Shown: positions 9,285 to 18,007 of the stretch, piece by piece
How the letters are laid out: every line of letters begins with the position of its first letter
Numbering within the stretch: position 1 is the stretch's first letter
Assembly (NCBI GenBank): GCA_043784245.1
Contig: JAYVYM010000227.1
Location: forward strand, 1 to 39,875
From: Frankiales bacterium
GTDB taxonomy: Bacteria; Actinomycetota; Actinomycetes; Mycobacteriales; SCTD01
Length of the DNA: 39,875 nucleotides
Direction: 5' to 3'
Notes under the pieces: model-generated
Told to the model about the DNA's origin: nothing
What the model saw: only the letters and a program-made list of their open reading frames with translations
Database searches by the model: none
Translations under genes and position numbers: made by a program

Positions 9285-11703
9285 TGGTCTGGCGCTTCCC
9301 GCTCGGTCGCCATCCTTGTGTACCGGCTGCCACGGCCCGGTGGGTGAGCTCCACGAAGCCCACGCCTGCGACGCCGACGACACCCGCCACGGCCAGGTCC
9401 ACAGGCGTTGTTGACAACAGGAAGGCTGTTCGTCCGATCGCCGGCACCGAGGCCGCCACCGCCGCGACACCCGCGAGGGAGGCGACCAGCGCCAGCTTCC
9501 AGCCGCTCAGTGGCCGGGCCAGCACGCCCACGGTCCACAACGAAATGATGAGGATAACGAAGGTGGCCGTGGTGCGGCCCTCGGCGACGCCGGCTCGTGA
9601 ATCGAGGAGTCGGGTGAGGCGATACCCGGCGTACGCGGCAAGCCCGGTCACGATGCCGATCGGTACGGCGAAGCGCAACACCCTCGGGACGAAGCCGGGT
9701 AGGTATCGGCGCGTGTTTGGCGCCAGCGCCAGGAAGAAGCCCGGGATCCCGATTGTGAGGGTCGAGATCATCGTGAGCTGGATCGGGGCCAGTGGAAAGG
9801 CGCCCAGCGTGCCGGCCGCGATGAGTGCGAGCACCAGGGAGTAGCTGTTCTTGATCAGGAACAGGCTGGCGGCTCGCTCGATGTTGGCGATCACCCGGCG
9901 CCCCTCGGCGACGACCGCGGGCAGTCGGCAGAACTGTCCGTCCAGCAGGACGATCTGGGCGACAGCTCGGGTCGCGGGGGACCCGTTGCCCATAGCGATT
10001 CCGATGTCGGCGTCCTTGAGGGCGAGCGCGTCGTTGACGCCGTCGCCCGTCATGGCGACGACATGTCCGCGGCTCTGCAGCGCAGCGATGATGGCCTGCT
10101 TCTGCTGCGGGCTGACCCGGCCGAAGACCGTACGCCGCTCCAGCAGGTCGGCGAGCTCCGTGGGCTCCTCCGGCAGGGTCCGCGCGTCGACCGGGTCATC
10201 GGCCCCGGGGATGCCGACAGCCCGCGCCACGGCGCTCACCGTCCTCGGGTTGTCGCCCGAGATGACCTTGAGGCCGACACCCTGCGTCAGGAAGAACGCC
10301 ACGGTGTCGGCCGCGTCCTCGCGGACCCGCTCGGCGAGCACGACCAGGGCCATCGGCCGCAGGTCCGGCGGGAGCAATTCCGGCTGCCCGTCCGCCGTCA
10401 GGGCGGAGCTCGTACGGGCCAGCAGGAGCACCCGGCTGCCCTTCCCGGCGATCAGGTCGGCCTGCGTGCGCGCCCCCAGCTGGGCCTCGTCGAGGGCTCC
10501 CGCCAGCAAAATCTCCGGGGCGCCGAGCACCCAGGTCCCCTGTTCTGGGGTCTCGACCGCGGACCACTTGCGCGTGGAGTTGAACGGCACCGCCGCAACC
10601 CGGCTCCAGGTCGAGGTGGTGAACACCTGAGCAAGGGCTGCCGCCGTCGGGTTGACGCTGTCGCTGGTCGCCAGCAGGCCCAGGGCTTGGGCCGTCTCGT
10701 CGTGGGGGTCGTGTCCCAGGGGGACCAGCTGCTGGAAGGCGATGTCGCCGTACGTGAGTGTGCCCGTCTTGTCGAGGCAGACCACGTCGACGCGGGCCAG
10801 CGCCTCAACGGCCGGCAGCTCCTGGACCAGGACCTGCTGACGGGCCAGGGTCACCGTGGCGACCAAGAAGGCCAGGCTGGTCAGCAGCAGCAGGCCCTCC
10901 GGCACCATGCCCACGAGGCCGGCGACCGTCCCCGTGACGGCTTCGCGCCAACCGGAGTTGTCAACGCTGCGGAACTGGCTCCACAGCAGGAGCGGACCGA
11001 CGACGAGCAACCCCAGGCTGATCCAGCGCAAGATCCGGTTGGTCCCCGCGCCGAGCTCGGAGTGCACCAGCGTGAAGCGCCTGGCGTCCGCGGCCAACCG
11101 GGTGGCGTAGGCCTGCGCGCCGACTGCGGTGGCCTGGAAGCTGCCGCTGCCGCCCACGACGATGGATCCTGACCGTACGAGCGCTCCCTGCGGCTTCGGA
11201 ACCTGCTCGGACTCGCCGGTCAGGAGCGACTCGTCGATCTCCAGCCCCGCTGAGCTCAGGACGACGCCGTCGGCGGGGACCTGGTCGCCGGCCCGCAGGT
11301 CAAGCAGATCGTCCAGAACGACGGCTCCCAGCGCGATGCGTGACGTGGAACCCTCGCGCACCACTCGAGCGGTCGGGATGTTCAGGACGGCAAGCCGGTC
11401 CAGGAGCCGCTTGGCGCGTACCTCCTGAACGATCCCAAGCCCGGAGTTGGCTGCGATCACGAGGCCGAACAAGCCGTTCTGCCACCGTCCGGTGGTCAGG
11501 ATGGCGAGCAGAAGCACACCGAGCAGGCCGTTGAACACCGTGAACACGTTCGCCCTGACGATCTCGGAGACTGTCCGGCTCGTACGGGCGACGACGGCGT
11601 TGGTCCGACCGGTCGCCACGCGTTCCGCGACCTGCGCTGCGGTGAGACCGGTATCAGGCGTCGAAAATGCCTCCGCCGCCCTTCCGGCGGTGTCGAGGGT
11701 CAT
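9253..11703 (-). CDS. Cation-translocating P-type ATPase (CtpE-like, P2-related)
   Basis: 816 aa with TGESEQVPK, MVPEGLLLLTS (TM4 PEGL), [31 protein letters not shown]. The ATG directly abuts the stop of the upstream ftsH-like gene. Confidence 0.85.
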   Translation of the reverse strand: MTLDTAGRAAEAFSTPDTGLTAAQVAERVATGRTNAVVARTSRTVSEIVRANVFTVFNGLLGVLLLAILTTGRWQNGLFGLVIAANSGLGIVQEVRAKRLLDRLAVLNIPTARVVREGSTSRIALGAVVLDDLLDLRAGDQVPADGVVLSSAGLEIDESLLTGESEQVPKPQGALVRSGSIVVGGSGSFQATAVGAQAYATRLAADARRFTLVHSELGAGTNRILRWISLGLLVVGPLLLWSQFRSVDNSGWREAVTGTVAGLVGMVPEGLLLLTSLAFLVATVTLARQQVLVQELPAVEALARVDVVCLDKTGTLTYGDIAFQQLVPLGHDPHDETAQALGLLATSDSVNPTAAALAQVFTTSTWSRVAAVPFNSTRKWSAVETPEQGTWVLGAPEILLAGALDEAQLGARTQADLIAGKGSRVLLLARTSSALTADGQPELLPPDLRPMALVVLAERVREDAADTVAFFLTQGVGLKVISGDNPRTVSAVARAVGIPGADDPVDARTLPEEPTELADLLERRTVFGRVSPQQKQAIIAALQSRGHVVAMTGDGVNDALALKDADIGIAMGNGSPATRAVAQIVLLDGQFCRLPAVVAEGRRVIANIERAASLFLIKNSYSLVLALIAAGTLGAFPLAPIQLTMISTLTIGIPGFFLALAPNTRRYLPGFVPRVLRFAVPIGIVTGLAAYAGYRLTRLLDSRAGVAEGRTTATFVILIISLWTVGVLARPLSGWKLALVASLAGVAAVAASVPAIGRTAFLLSTTPVDLAVAGVVGVAGVGFVELTHRAVAAGTQGWRPSGKRQTIMSRRHSGRG

Positions 11704-13629
11704 CTAGCCGGCGCCCCGCTCTGTCAGCAAAGGGGTGGGCACTCGCGAGTCGCGCTGTCCCAGCGGCGCGGCCAAGGCCGTGGTCACGGCTGCACCGTCA
11801 ACAGTTTCGTGTTCGAGGAGCTGCTCGACGAGCCGATCAAGGGCTGGCCGGTGCCCGGTCAGCAGAGACAGGGCCCGGGCCTGCGCCTCCTGCAGGAGGC
11901 GCCTGACCTCGAGGTCGACCGCGCGCTGGGTCTGGTCGGCGTACGGGTGCGCTGTCGCTGTCGAAGACCCGAGGAACTGGGTCTCGCCCGTCGGGTAGCC
12001 GACCGGCCCGAGATCTGGGCTGAGGCCGAACTCGATGGTCATTCGGGTGGCGAGCGACGTGGCTCCCACGAGGTCGTTCGCGGCGCCGGTCGAGCCCTCG
12101 CCGAGCACCAGGAGCTCGGCGGCGCGGCCACCCAACCGGACGGCCAGGGAGTCGGTCAGGTAGCCCTCGGACAGCAGGTGGCGCTCGGCAAGCGGGAGCT
12201 GCTCGGTCACCCCCAAGGCCATGCCGGCGGGCAGGATCGTCACCTTGGCCACCGGGTCTGCATGATCCGACAGGGCGGCCACCAGGGCGTGGCCCGCCTC
12301 GTGCACGGCGACGGCGTGGCGTTCTTCGGGCAGCAGGATGTTGGAGCCGTCGCGCCGTCCGAGGAGCACCCGGTCGCGGGCGTCGTCGAGGTCCTCGGCG
12401 GTGACCACCTGACGGTCGTGGCGGACCGCGAGGATCGCCGCCTCGTTGAGGAGGTTGCCGAGATCCGCGCCGGAAAAGCCGGGGGTGCCGCGGGCGGTCA
12501 CGTCCAGATCGACGTCCGGGTCCAACTGCTTGCCGCGGGCGTGGACCATCAGGATGGCTTTGCGTTCCAGGTGGGTGGGCAGGGGCACCGTCACCTGCCG
12601 GTCGAACCTGCCCGGGCGCAGCAGGGCCGGGTCCAAGGTCTCCGGCCGGTTGGTGGCGGCAAGGACGACGACGTCGTGCTTGTCGTCGAATCCGTCCATC
12701 TCGGCGAGCAGCTGGTTGAGCGTCTGCTCGCGCTCGTCGTTGCCGCCGAAGCCCTGTCCGCGGCGTCCGCCGATCGCGTCGATCTCATCGATGAAGATGA
12801 TGGACGGCCCACGCTTGCGGGCATCGGCAAACAGGTCCCGCACCCTGGCTGCCCCGACCCCGACGAACATCTCGACGAAGCTCGAACCGGTGACGGCCAG
12901 GAAGGGCACTGCCGCCTCACCGGCGACCGCGCGGGCGAGCAGGGTCTTGCCGGTGCCGGGGGCCCCGACCATCAGGACCCCGCGCGGGCCTACCGCGCCG
13001 GCGGCGCGGTAGCGGTCCGGGGTCTTGAGGAAGTCGACGACCTCGTTGATCTCCTGCTTGACCCCGTCGTAGCCCGCGACGTCGGTGAACCGGGTCGTTG
13101 GCCGTTCGACGTCGATAACCGTCGCCTTGGACCGTCCGATGCCCAGGATCCCGCCCCCGCCAAAGGCTCCGCCCATCTGCCGGGCGGCGCGGCGGCCGGT
13201 GTAGACGAAGAAGCCGACCACCAGGAGCAGCGGCAGGAAGCCCAGCAACGTCGAGATCACGGACGTCCGTGTCGGTACGGCGGTGATCGCGACCCGGTGA
13301 CCTGTCATCAACGTGTCCAGACCGGTCGGCCCCAGGGCCGTGGGGACGGCCGACGCGAACGCCTTGCCGTCGGTGAAGGTCCCCGTCACGCGGCCCTGCG
13401 GATCGACCGTCAGCGCAGCGACCTGGTTGGCGGTCACCCGGTCGAGCAGGGCGGAGTACGTCAGCGCTGTCGGTGTCCCACCGCTCAGCTGTGGGCCCAG
13501 CACGAGCAGCGCAGTCAGCGCGAGCCCGGCCGGCAACAGGTAACGGCGCCAGCCGGGTGGCGGCGGTCCGACCGGCGGCCGCACCGGGTCCCGCGGCGGC
13601 CCCGGTCGCGCCGACAGCGACGCGTGCAC
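11704..13629 (-). CDS. ftsH: ATP-dependent zinc metalloprotease FtsH (probable paralog)
   Basis: Two N-terminal TM segments, Walker A GAPGTGKT, Walker [32 protein letters not shown], and zinc site HEAGHALV. The start is uncertain. The longest ORF reaches 13743, but third-position G/C content in that frame is low upstream of about 13650, so I propose GTG 13629. Confidence 0.85.
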   Translation of the reverse strand: MHASLSARPGPPRDPVRPPVGPPPPGWRRYLLPAGLALTALLVLGPQLSGGTPTALTYSALLDRVTANQVAALTVDPQGRVTGTFTDGKAFASAVPTALGPTGLDTLMTGHRVAITAVPTRTSVISTLLGFLPLLLVVGFFVYTGRRAARQMGGAFGGGGILGIGRSKATVIDVERPTTRFTDVAGYDGVKQEINEVVDFLKTPDRYRAAGAVGPRGVLMVGAPGTGKTLLARAVAGEAAVPFLAVTGSSFVEMFVGVGAARVRDLFADARKRGPSIIFIDEIDAIGGRRGQGFGGNDEREQTLNQLLAEMDGFDDKHDVVVLAATNRPETLDPALLRPGRFDRQVTVPLPTHLERKAILMVHARGKQLDPDVDLDVTARGTPGFSGADLGNLLNEAAILAVRHDRQVVTAEDLDDARDRVLLGRRDGSNILLPEERHAVAVHEAGHALVAALSDHADPVAKVTILPAGMALGVTEQLPLAERHLLSEGYLTDSLAVRLGGRAAELLVLGEGSTGAANDLVGATSLATRMTIEFGLSPDLGPVGYPTGETQFLGSSTATAHPYADQTQRAVDLEVRRLLQEAQARALSLLTGHRPALDRLVEQLLEHETVDGAAVTTALAAPLGQRDSRVPTPLLTERGAG

Positions 13630-13649
13630 GTGGCCCGGCCACCGCGGGT

Positions 13650-13796
13650 TCAGCTGACACCGCACAGGTAGGGGCGAGTGTGTGGCAGGGCCACGATGTC
13701 GTCGCCGACGGTCACCAACCGTCGGTTGCCGCGCGGGTCGCACTCGAAGTGCGAGAGCAGGCGCGGCGGCCGGGCGCGTCCCTGGTCATTCGTCAT
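13650..13796 (-). CDS. Hypothetical 48-aa protein upstream of ftsH
   Basis: ATG 13796 is preceded by GGAGG (4-nt spacer). Product: MTNDQGRARPPRLLSHFECDPRGNRRLVTVGDDIVALPHTRPYLCGVS. About 41 of 47 codons end in G/C by eye, versus roughly half in the overlapping ftsH-frame extension. I recognise no homolog. Confidence 0.35.
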   Translation of the reverse strand: MTNDQGRARPPRLLSHFECDPRGNRRLVTVGDDIVALPHTRPYLCGVS

Positions 13797-13959
13797 GGGG
13801 CCTCCGTTCGGCGACCCGGGCGGGCGCTGGTGTGACAGTGCCTCGTCACGCCGGGGTCGTCGAGGGTCTTTGGACCCGGCGGGGAGTGCTCCCGAGGTGT
13901 CGCCGTGGACGCCGGGGCCAAGACGTCCGGTCGAGTCGATCGCAACTGTCAACCACGGG

Positions 13960-14607
13960 TTACGGCGGCGAGGCTTCGTCGACGCGGAACCGCGCAGGGA
14001 CGAGGTCGGCCAGAACTTCTTGGATCGGGGTCGGGGGGATGAGGTGCCGGCACCCGTAAGCTGTGAGCAGAGACCGCATCGTCGAGCCGACCCCCGTGGT
14101 TGGCAGGCTGATCTCGTACTCGACAGCCCCGTACTCGGTACGAACCGCCCGGACCCGGGCGCCGAGTTCGCGCAGCAGTTCGACCACGGCGGCGTTGTCA
14201 GCCGCGACCAGCGCGGTGAAGCGCCGGATGCCCTCCTGGCGGGCGCGGTCGGTGAGCTGGATGAGCAGCTCGGTGCCCAGCCCCCGGCCCTGCCAGTCGT
14301 CCACGACGGTGACAGCGACCTCCGCGGCATCGGGGTCGTCGGCCAGCCGGATGTAGCGAGCGATGCCGACCCCGCGTCCGTCCTCCGGCTGCAATGCCCC
14401 CAGTGCCTCATGGTCGTGATGATCGACCTTCGTGAAGTACTGCAGCTCTGTCGGGGACAGCACTGACTTGCCGGTCAGGAACCGCAGCCGGCGGGACTCG
14501 GCGCTCAACCGGCTGAAACCCTCGGCCAGCAGCAGTGCGTCGTCCGCGCGGACCGGCCGAATCAACACCGCGGAGCCATCGCGCAGCACCACCCGCTTGC
14601 CCGTCAT
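13960..14607 (-). CDS. GNAT family N-acetyltransferase (stand-alone Pat-type GNAT domain)
   Basis: VVLRDGSAVLIRPVRADDALLLAEGFSRLSAESRRLRFL...WQGRGLGTELL resembles the acetyltransferase domain of protein lysine acetyltransferases. I chose ATG 14607 (MTGKRVV). The track start at 14712 would overlap arcC. Confidence 0.8.
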   Translation of the reverse strand: MTGKRVVLRDGSAVLIRPVRADDALLLAEGFSRLSAESRRLRFLTGKSVLSPTELQYFTKVDHHDHEALGALQPEDGRGVGIARYIRLADDPDAAEVAVTVVDDWQGRGLGTELLIQLTDRARQEGIRRFTALVAADNAAVVELLRELGARVRAVRTEYGAVEYEISLPTTGVGSTMRSLLTAYGCRHLIPPTPIQEVLADLVPARFRVDEASPP

Positions 14608-14650
14608 CGTCCGCTTCGGCCACCGGGCGTGCTCGGCCGCCGGCGCGGCC

Positions 14651-15634
14651 TCACGGCGGGCTGCCTGCTGTGCGCGCTCGGGCAAGCCCCGGCGGACCGG
14701 CGCCACCGTCAACGCTGCCGGGCAAGGCGTTCAGCCGCAGGGTGGTGCCGGCAGCGCCGTCGAGCATCGAGGTCGCGTCGGCCAAGGCGCCGATCGTCGC
14801 CGGCCGGCCGGTGGCGCGGACGAACATGGCGCACGCGTCGATCTTCGGGCCCATCGAGCCGGCCGGGAAGCGTCGTGTGGCCAGCTCGTCCAGCGTCAGT
14901 GCGCGCAATGGCATCGCGGCGGACGTCCCGAAGTGGTCCATCACCGCCGCAACATCGGTGAGCACGAGCAGGTGGTCGGCGGCGACGGCGACGCCGAGCA
15001 GCGCCGCCGTCAGGTCCTTGTCCACGACGGCCTCGACGCCGCGCAGCCGCCCGTCGCCGCTGATGGTGACCGGGGCGCCGCCACCACCGCCGCAGATGAC
15101 TGTCGACCCGGCGTCGAGCAGCTGGTCGATCGTGGTCTGCTCGACGATACGGACCGGCATCGGCGAGGGCACGACCCGCCGCCAGCTCGGCCCGTCGGCC
15201 GCCACGATCCAGCCGTGCTCGTCGGCGAGCCGCGCGGCCCGGGCCTGGTCGTACACCGGGCCGATGAACTTGGTCGGCGCAGCGAACGCCGGGTCTGCCT
15301 CATCCACCAGGACCTGGGTGACGAGGGCCGCGATCGGTCTGTCGACGCCGGCGTTGCGCAGGGCCTGTGCGAGCCAGTAGCCGATCATCCCCTGGGTCTG
15401 CGCAACGAGTGAGTCCAGTGGGTACGCACGGGTCAGCGCACGGTCGGCCTCGCTCTCCACTGCGAGCAGCCCTACCTGCGGGCCGTTTCCATGGCAGACC
15501 AGCAGCTGGTGGTCGCGGGCAAGCGGGGCCAGTGCGGCGGCAGCCGCCTCGATGTGCGCCAGCTGGGGGGCGGCGTCGGGCCGCTCGCCGCGGCGCAGGA
15601 GCGCGTTGCCGCCGAGGGCGGCGACGATCCGCAC
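14651..15634 (-). CDS. arcC: Carbamate kinase
   Basis: VRIVAALGGNALLRRGE...LVCHGNGPQVG...VICGGGGGAPV...VVDKDL are carbamate kinase motifs. GTG 15634 lies 1 nt after the arcB stop. The track ORF 14651..15970 reads on through arcB in another frame. Confidence 0.9.
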   Translation of the reverse strand: MRIVAALGGNALLRRGERPDAAPQLAHIEAAAAALAPLARDHQLLVCHGNGPQVGLLAVESEADRALTRAYPLDSLVAQTQGMIGYWLAQALRNAGVDRPIAALVTQVLVDEADPAFAAPTKFIGPVYDQARAARLADEHGWIVAADGPSWRRVVPSPMPVRIVEQTTIDQLLDAGSTVICGGGGGAPVTISGDGRLRGVEAVVDKDLTAALLGVAVAADHLLVLTDVAAVMDHFGTSAAMPLRALTLDELATRRFPAGSMGPKIDACAMFVRATGRPATIGALADATSMLDGAAGTTLRLNALPGSVDGGAGPPGLARARTAGSPP

Positions 15635-15635
15635 G

Positions 15636-16679
15636 TCAGGTGGACCCGGTCTGCGTGGGCAGCCGGTCGGTGCCCAGCGCGGCCACGAGGACCGCCTTGA
15701 TGGTGTGCAGCCGGTTCTCAGCCTGGTCGAACACCAGGGAACGCGGCGACTCGAAGACCTCGTCGGTGACCTCGGCGCCGGACATTCCGTACTGCTGGTG
15801 CAGCCGCTGTCCGAGCGCGGTACTGGTGTCGTGCAGCGCCGGCAGACAGTGCAGGAACTTGCTGGCGTGGCCGGCGGCGTCCAATAGTGCCTGGGTGACC
15901 TGGTAGGGCTGCAGCAAGGGGATGCGCTTGGCCCAGGCGTCGGCTGGTTCGCCCATGCTGACCCACACATCGGTGTAGAGGAAGTCGGCGCCGGCCACGG
16001 CAGTGTCGACGTCTTCGGTCACCAGGATCCGGGCTCGACTGCCAGCGGCCAGGGCGTGAGCGGCCTCGACGACGCCGTCGGGCGGCCACAGTTCGCGCGG
16101 GGCGGCGATCCGGACGTCCATGCCGAGCAGCGCGCCGGTGACCAGCAGCGACCGGGCGACGTTGCTGCGGCCGTCCCCGACAAAGCAGTACGCGATGTGC
16201 TCGACCGGCCCGGCATGGTGCTCAATCATGGTCAGGATGTCAGCGAGCATCTGGGTGGGGTGCCAAGAGTCGGTGAGCCCGTTCCACACCGGGACACCGG
16301 CGAACGCGGCGAGCTGCTCGACGGTGTCCTGGTCGAACCCCCGGAACTCGATGCCATCGAACATCCGGCCCAGTACCCGGGCGGTGTCGCGGATCGACTC
16401 CTCCTTGCCGATGTGCGAGCCCTCCGGGCCGAGGTAGGTGACGTGCGCTCCCTGCTGGTGGGCAGCGACCTCAAAAGCGCAGCGGGTGCGTGTGGAGGCC
16501 TTCTCGAAGATCAGCGCGATGTTGCGTCCGGTCAGCGACGGGGTCTCGGTGCCGGCAGCCTTGGCGGCTTTGAGCTGCGCGGCGCGGTCCACCAGCGCGA
16601 GGAACTCGTCCTTCGTGAGGTCGAGCTCCTTGAGCAGCGAGCCGGGGGAGGGGCGGGAAAGGGCTGGGATCGTCGTCAC
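15636..16679 (-). CDS. arcB: Ornithine carbamoyltransferase (catabolic context)
   Basis: [13 protein letters not shown] carbamoyl-phosphate site, HPTQMLAD, and the HCLPA ornithine site. GTG start with an AAGGA RBS. Confidence 0.92.
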   Translation of the reverse strand: MTTIPALSRPSPGSLLKELDLTKDEFLALVDRAAQLKAAKAAGTETPSLTGRNIALIFEKASTRTRCAFEVAAHQQGAHVTYLGPEGSHIGKEESIRDTARVLGRMFDGIEFRGFDQDTVEQLAAFAGVPVWNGLTDSWHPTQMLADILTMIEHHAGPVEHIAYCFVGDGRSNVARSLLVTGALLGMDVRIAAPRELWPPDGVVEAAHALAAGSRARILVTEDVDTAVAGADFLYTDVWVSMGEPADAWAKRIPLLQPYQVTQALLDAAGHASKFLHCLPALHDTSTALGQRLHQQYGMSGAEVTDEVFESPRSLVFDQAENRLHTIKAVLVAALGTDRLPTQTGST

Positions 16680-16724
16680 GGCAGGTCCTTGGTCTGGGAA
16701 GTAACGGGGGTCAGGTGGTGGCGA

Positions 16725-17975
16725 TCAGCGGCCGTCGCGCTCGATCGGACAGGTCATGCAGCGGGACCCACCGCGGCCGCGGCCGAGCTCGCTGCCCGGG
16801 ATGGCGATCACGTCGAGGCCGGCCTCGCGGAGCATCGTATTGGTGACGGTGTTGCGCTCGTAGCCCAGGACGACCCCGGGTGCGACGGCGAGGAAGTTGT
16901 TGGCGTCGTCCCACTGCTCGCGCTCGGCGGCGCGAGCGTCCTCCTCTGCTGACAGCACCCGCAGGTTCTCCACGCCAAGGGCAGCCGAGATCGTGGCGAA
17001 CAGGCTGTCACGTGGCTCGACGTGCAGACCGCCGGTGTCGTGCTCAAGGACTTCCATCGGGTCGGCGGGGGTGACCACCCAGGTCCGCAGCGCGTCCGTG
17101 TGCAGGCCCGGGAAGCGCACGAAGGTGTCGACGTCGACCATCGTCAGGACGGTGTCCAGGTGCATGTACGCATGGGACTTCGGCAGCTCCACCGCGATGA
17201 CGGTATGCGCCTGGCCGTTCTGGAACAGCGCGCGGGACAGGATCTCCACTCCCATCGGGGTGCTGCGCTCTCCCATCCCGAGCATGACGACGCCACCACC
17301 CAGGACGTGGATGTCGCCGCCCTCCAGGGTCGCGGGCTGGTGGGCGAGGTCATCGTCGCCGTACAGCACCGGGAAGGTCGCATTGGCGAACATGGGGTGG
17401 AAGCGGTAGATCGCCCGGCTGTGCAGCGACTCGCGCACCCGAGCCGCCTTGGCCATCGGGTTGATGGTCACGCCGCCGTACACCCAGGCGGAGTTGTCCC
17501 GCTGGAACAGGGTGTTCGGCAGCGGGGCCAGCACGAAGTCCTCCGGCCCGAGGGTCTGCCAGCGCAGGCTGCGGACCTGCAGCGGGGACAGGTCGCTGCG
17601 GGTGACGCCGCCGATGAGCAGCTCGGCGAGCGGGCCCGCGTCGACCTGTTCGGCGAGCCGGCGCAGCGGGCCGGCCAGGGTCGGGCCGACCAGCTCCGGG
17701 GTGCACAGCCGGTCCAGCACGAACGCCCGCGCCTGTTCGATGGCGAGCGTCTGAGTCAGCAGCTCATCGAAGTAGTGCACGGTCACGCCGCGCCCACGCA
17801 GCGCCTCGGTGAACGCGTCGTGCTCTTCGCGTGCCTTGGCCGCCCACAGCACGTCGTCGAACAGCAGGTCGTGGCAGTTGGCCGGGGTGAGCCGGCTCAG
17901 CTCCAGCCCGGGGCGGTGGACGATGGCCTGGCGGAGCTGCCCGACCTCTGAGTGCACTCCGAACGAGCCGTTCAT
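16725..17975 (-). CDS. arcA: Arginine deiminase
   Basis: [31 protein letters not shown]...[12 protein letters not shown]...MHLDTV...[10 protein letters not shown] (catalytic Cys). ATG 17975 has a GAGGAG RBS 7 nt upstream. The track N-terminal extension to 18254 overlaps the upstream ATPase. Confidence 0.92.
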   Translation of the reverse strand: MNGSFGVHSEVGQLRQAIVHRPGLELSRLTPANCHDLLFDDVLWAAKAREEHDAFTEALRGRGVTVHYFDELLTQTLAIEQARAFVLDRLCTPELVGPTLAGPLRRLAEQVDAGPLAELLIGGVTRSDLSPLQVRSLRWQTLGPEDFVLAPLPNTLFQRDNSAWVYGGVTINPMAKAARVRESLHSRAIYRFHPMFANATFPVLYGDDDLAHQPATLEGGDIHVLGGGVVMLGMGERSTPMGVEILSRALFQNGQAHTVIAVELPKSHAYMHLDTVLTMVDVDTFVRFPGLHTDALRTWVVTPADPMEVLEHDTGGLHVEPRDSLFATISAALGVENLRVLSAEEDARAAEREQWDDANNFLAVAPGVVLGYERNTVTNTMLREAGLDVIAIPGSELGRGRGGSRCMTCPIERDGR

Positions 17976-18007
17976 GACAGTTCTCCTCTGGTCGAGCGGG
18001 ATGGGTT

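Noticed and set aside
13650-13796. RiPP or mycofactocin-like precursor. The small ORF ends in CGVS, reminiscent of the MftA C-terminal CGVY.
   Set aside because: No radical-SAM maturase, mftB-like chaperone or peptidase gene is nearby. The terminal residue differs, and the similarity is only three residues.
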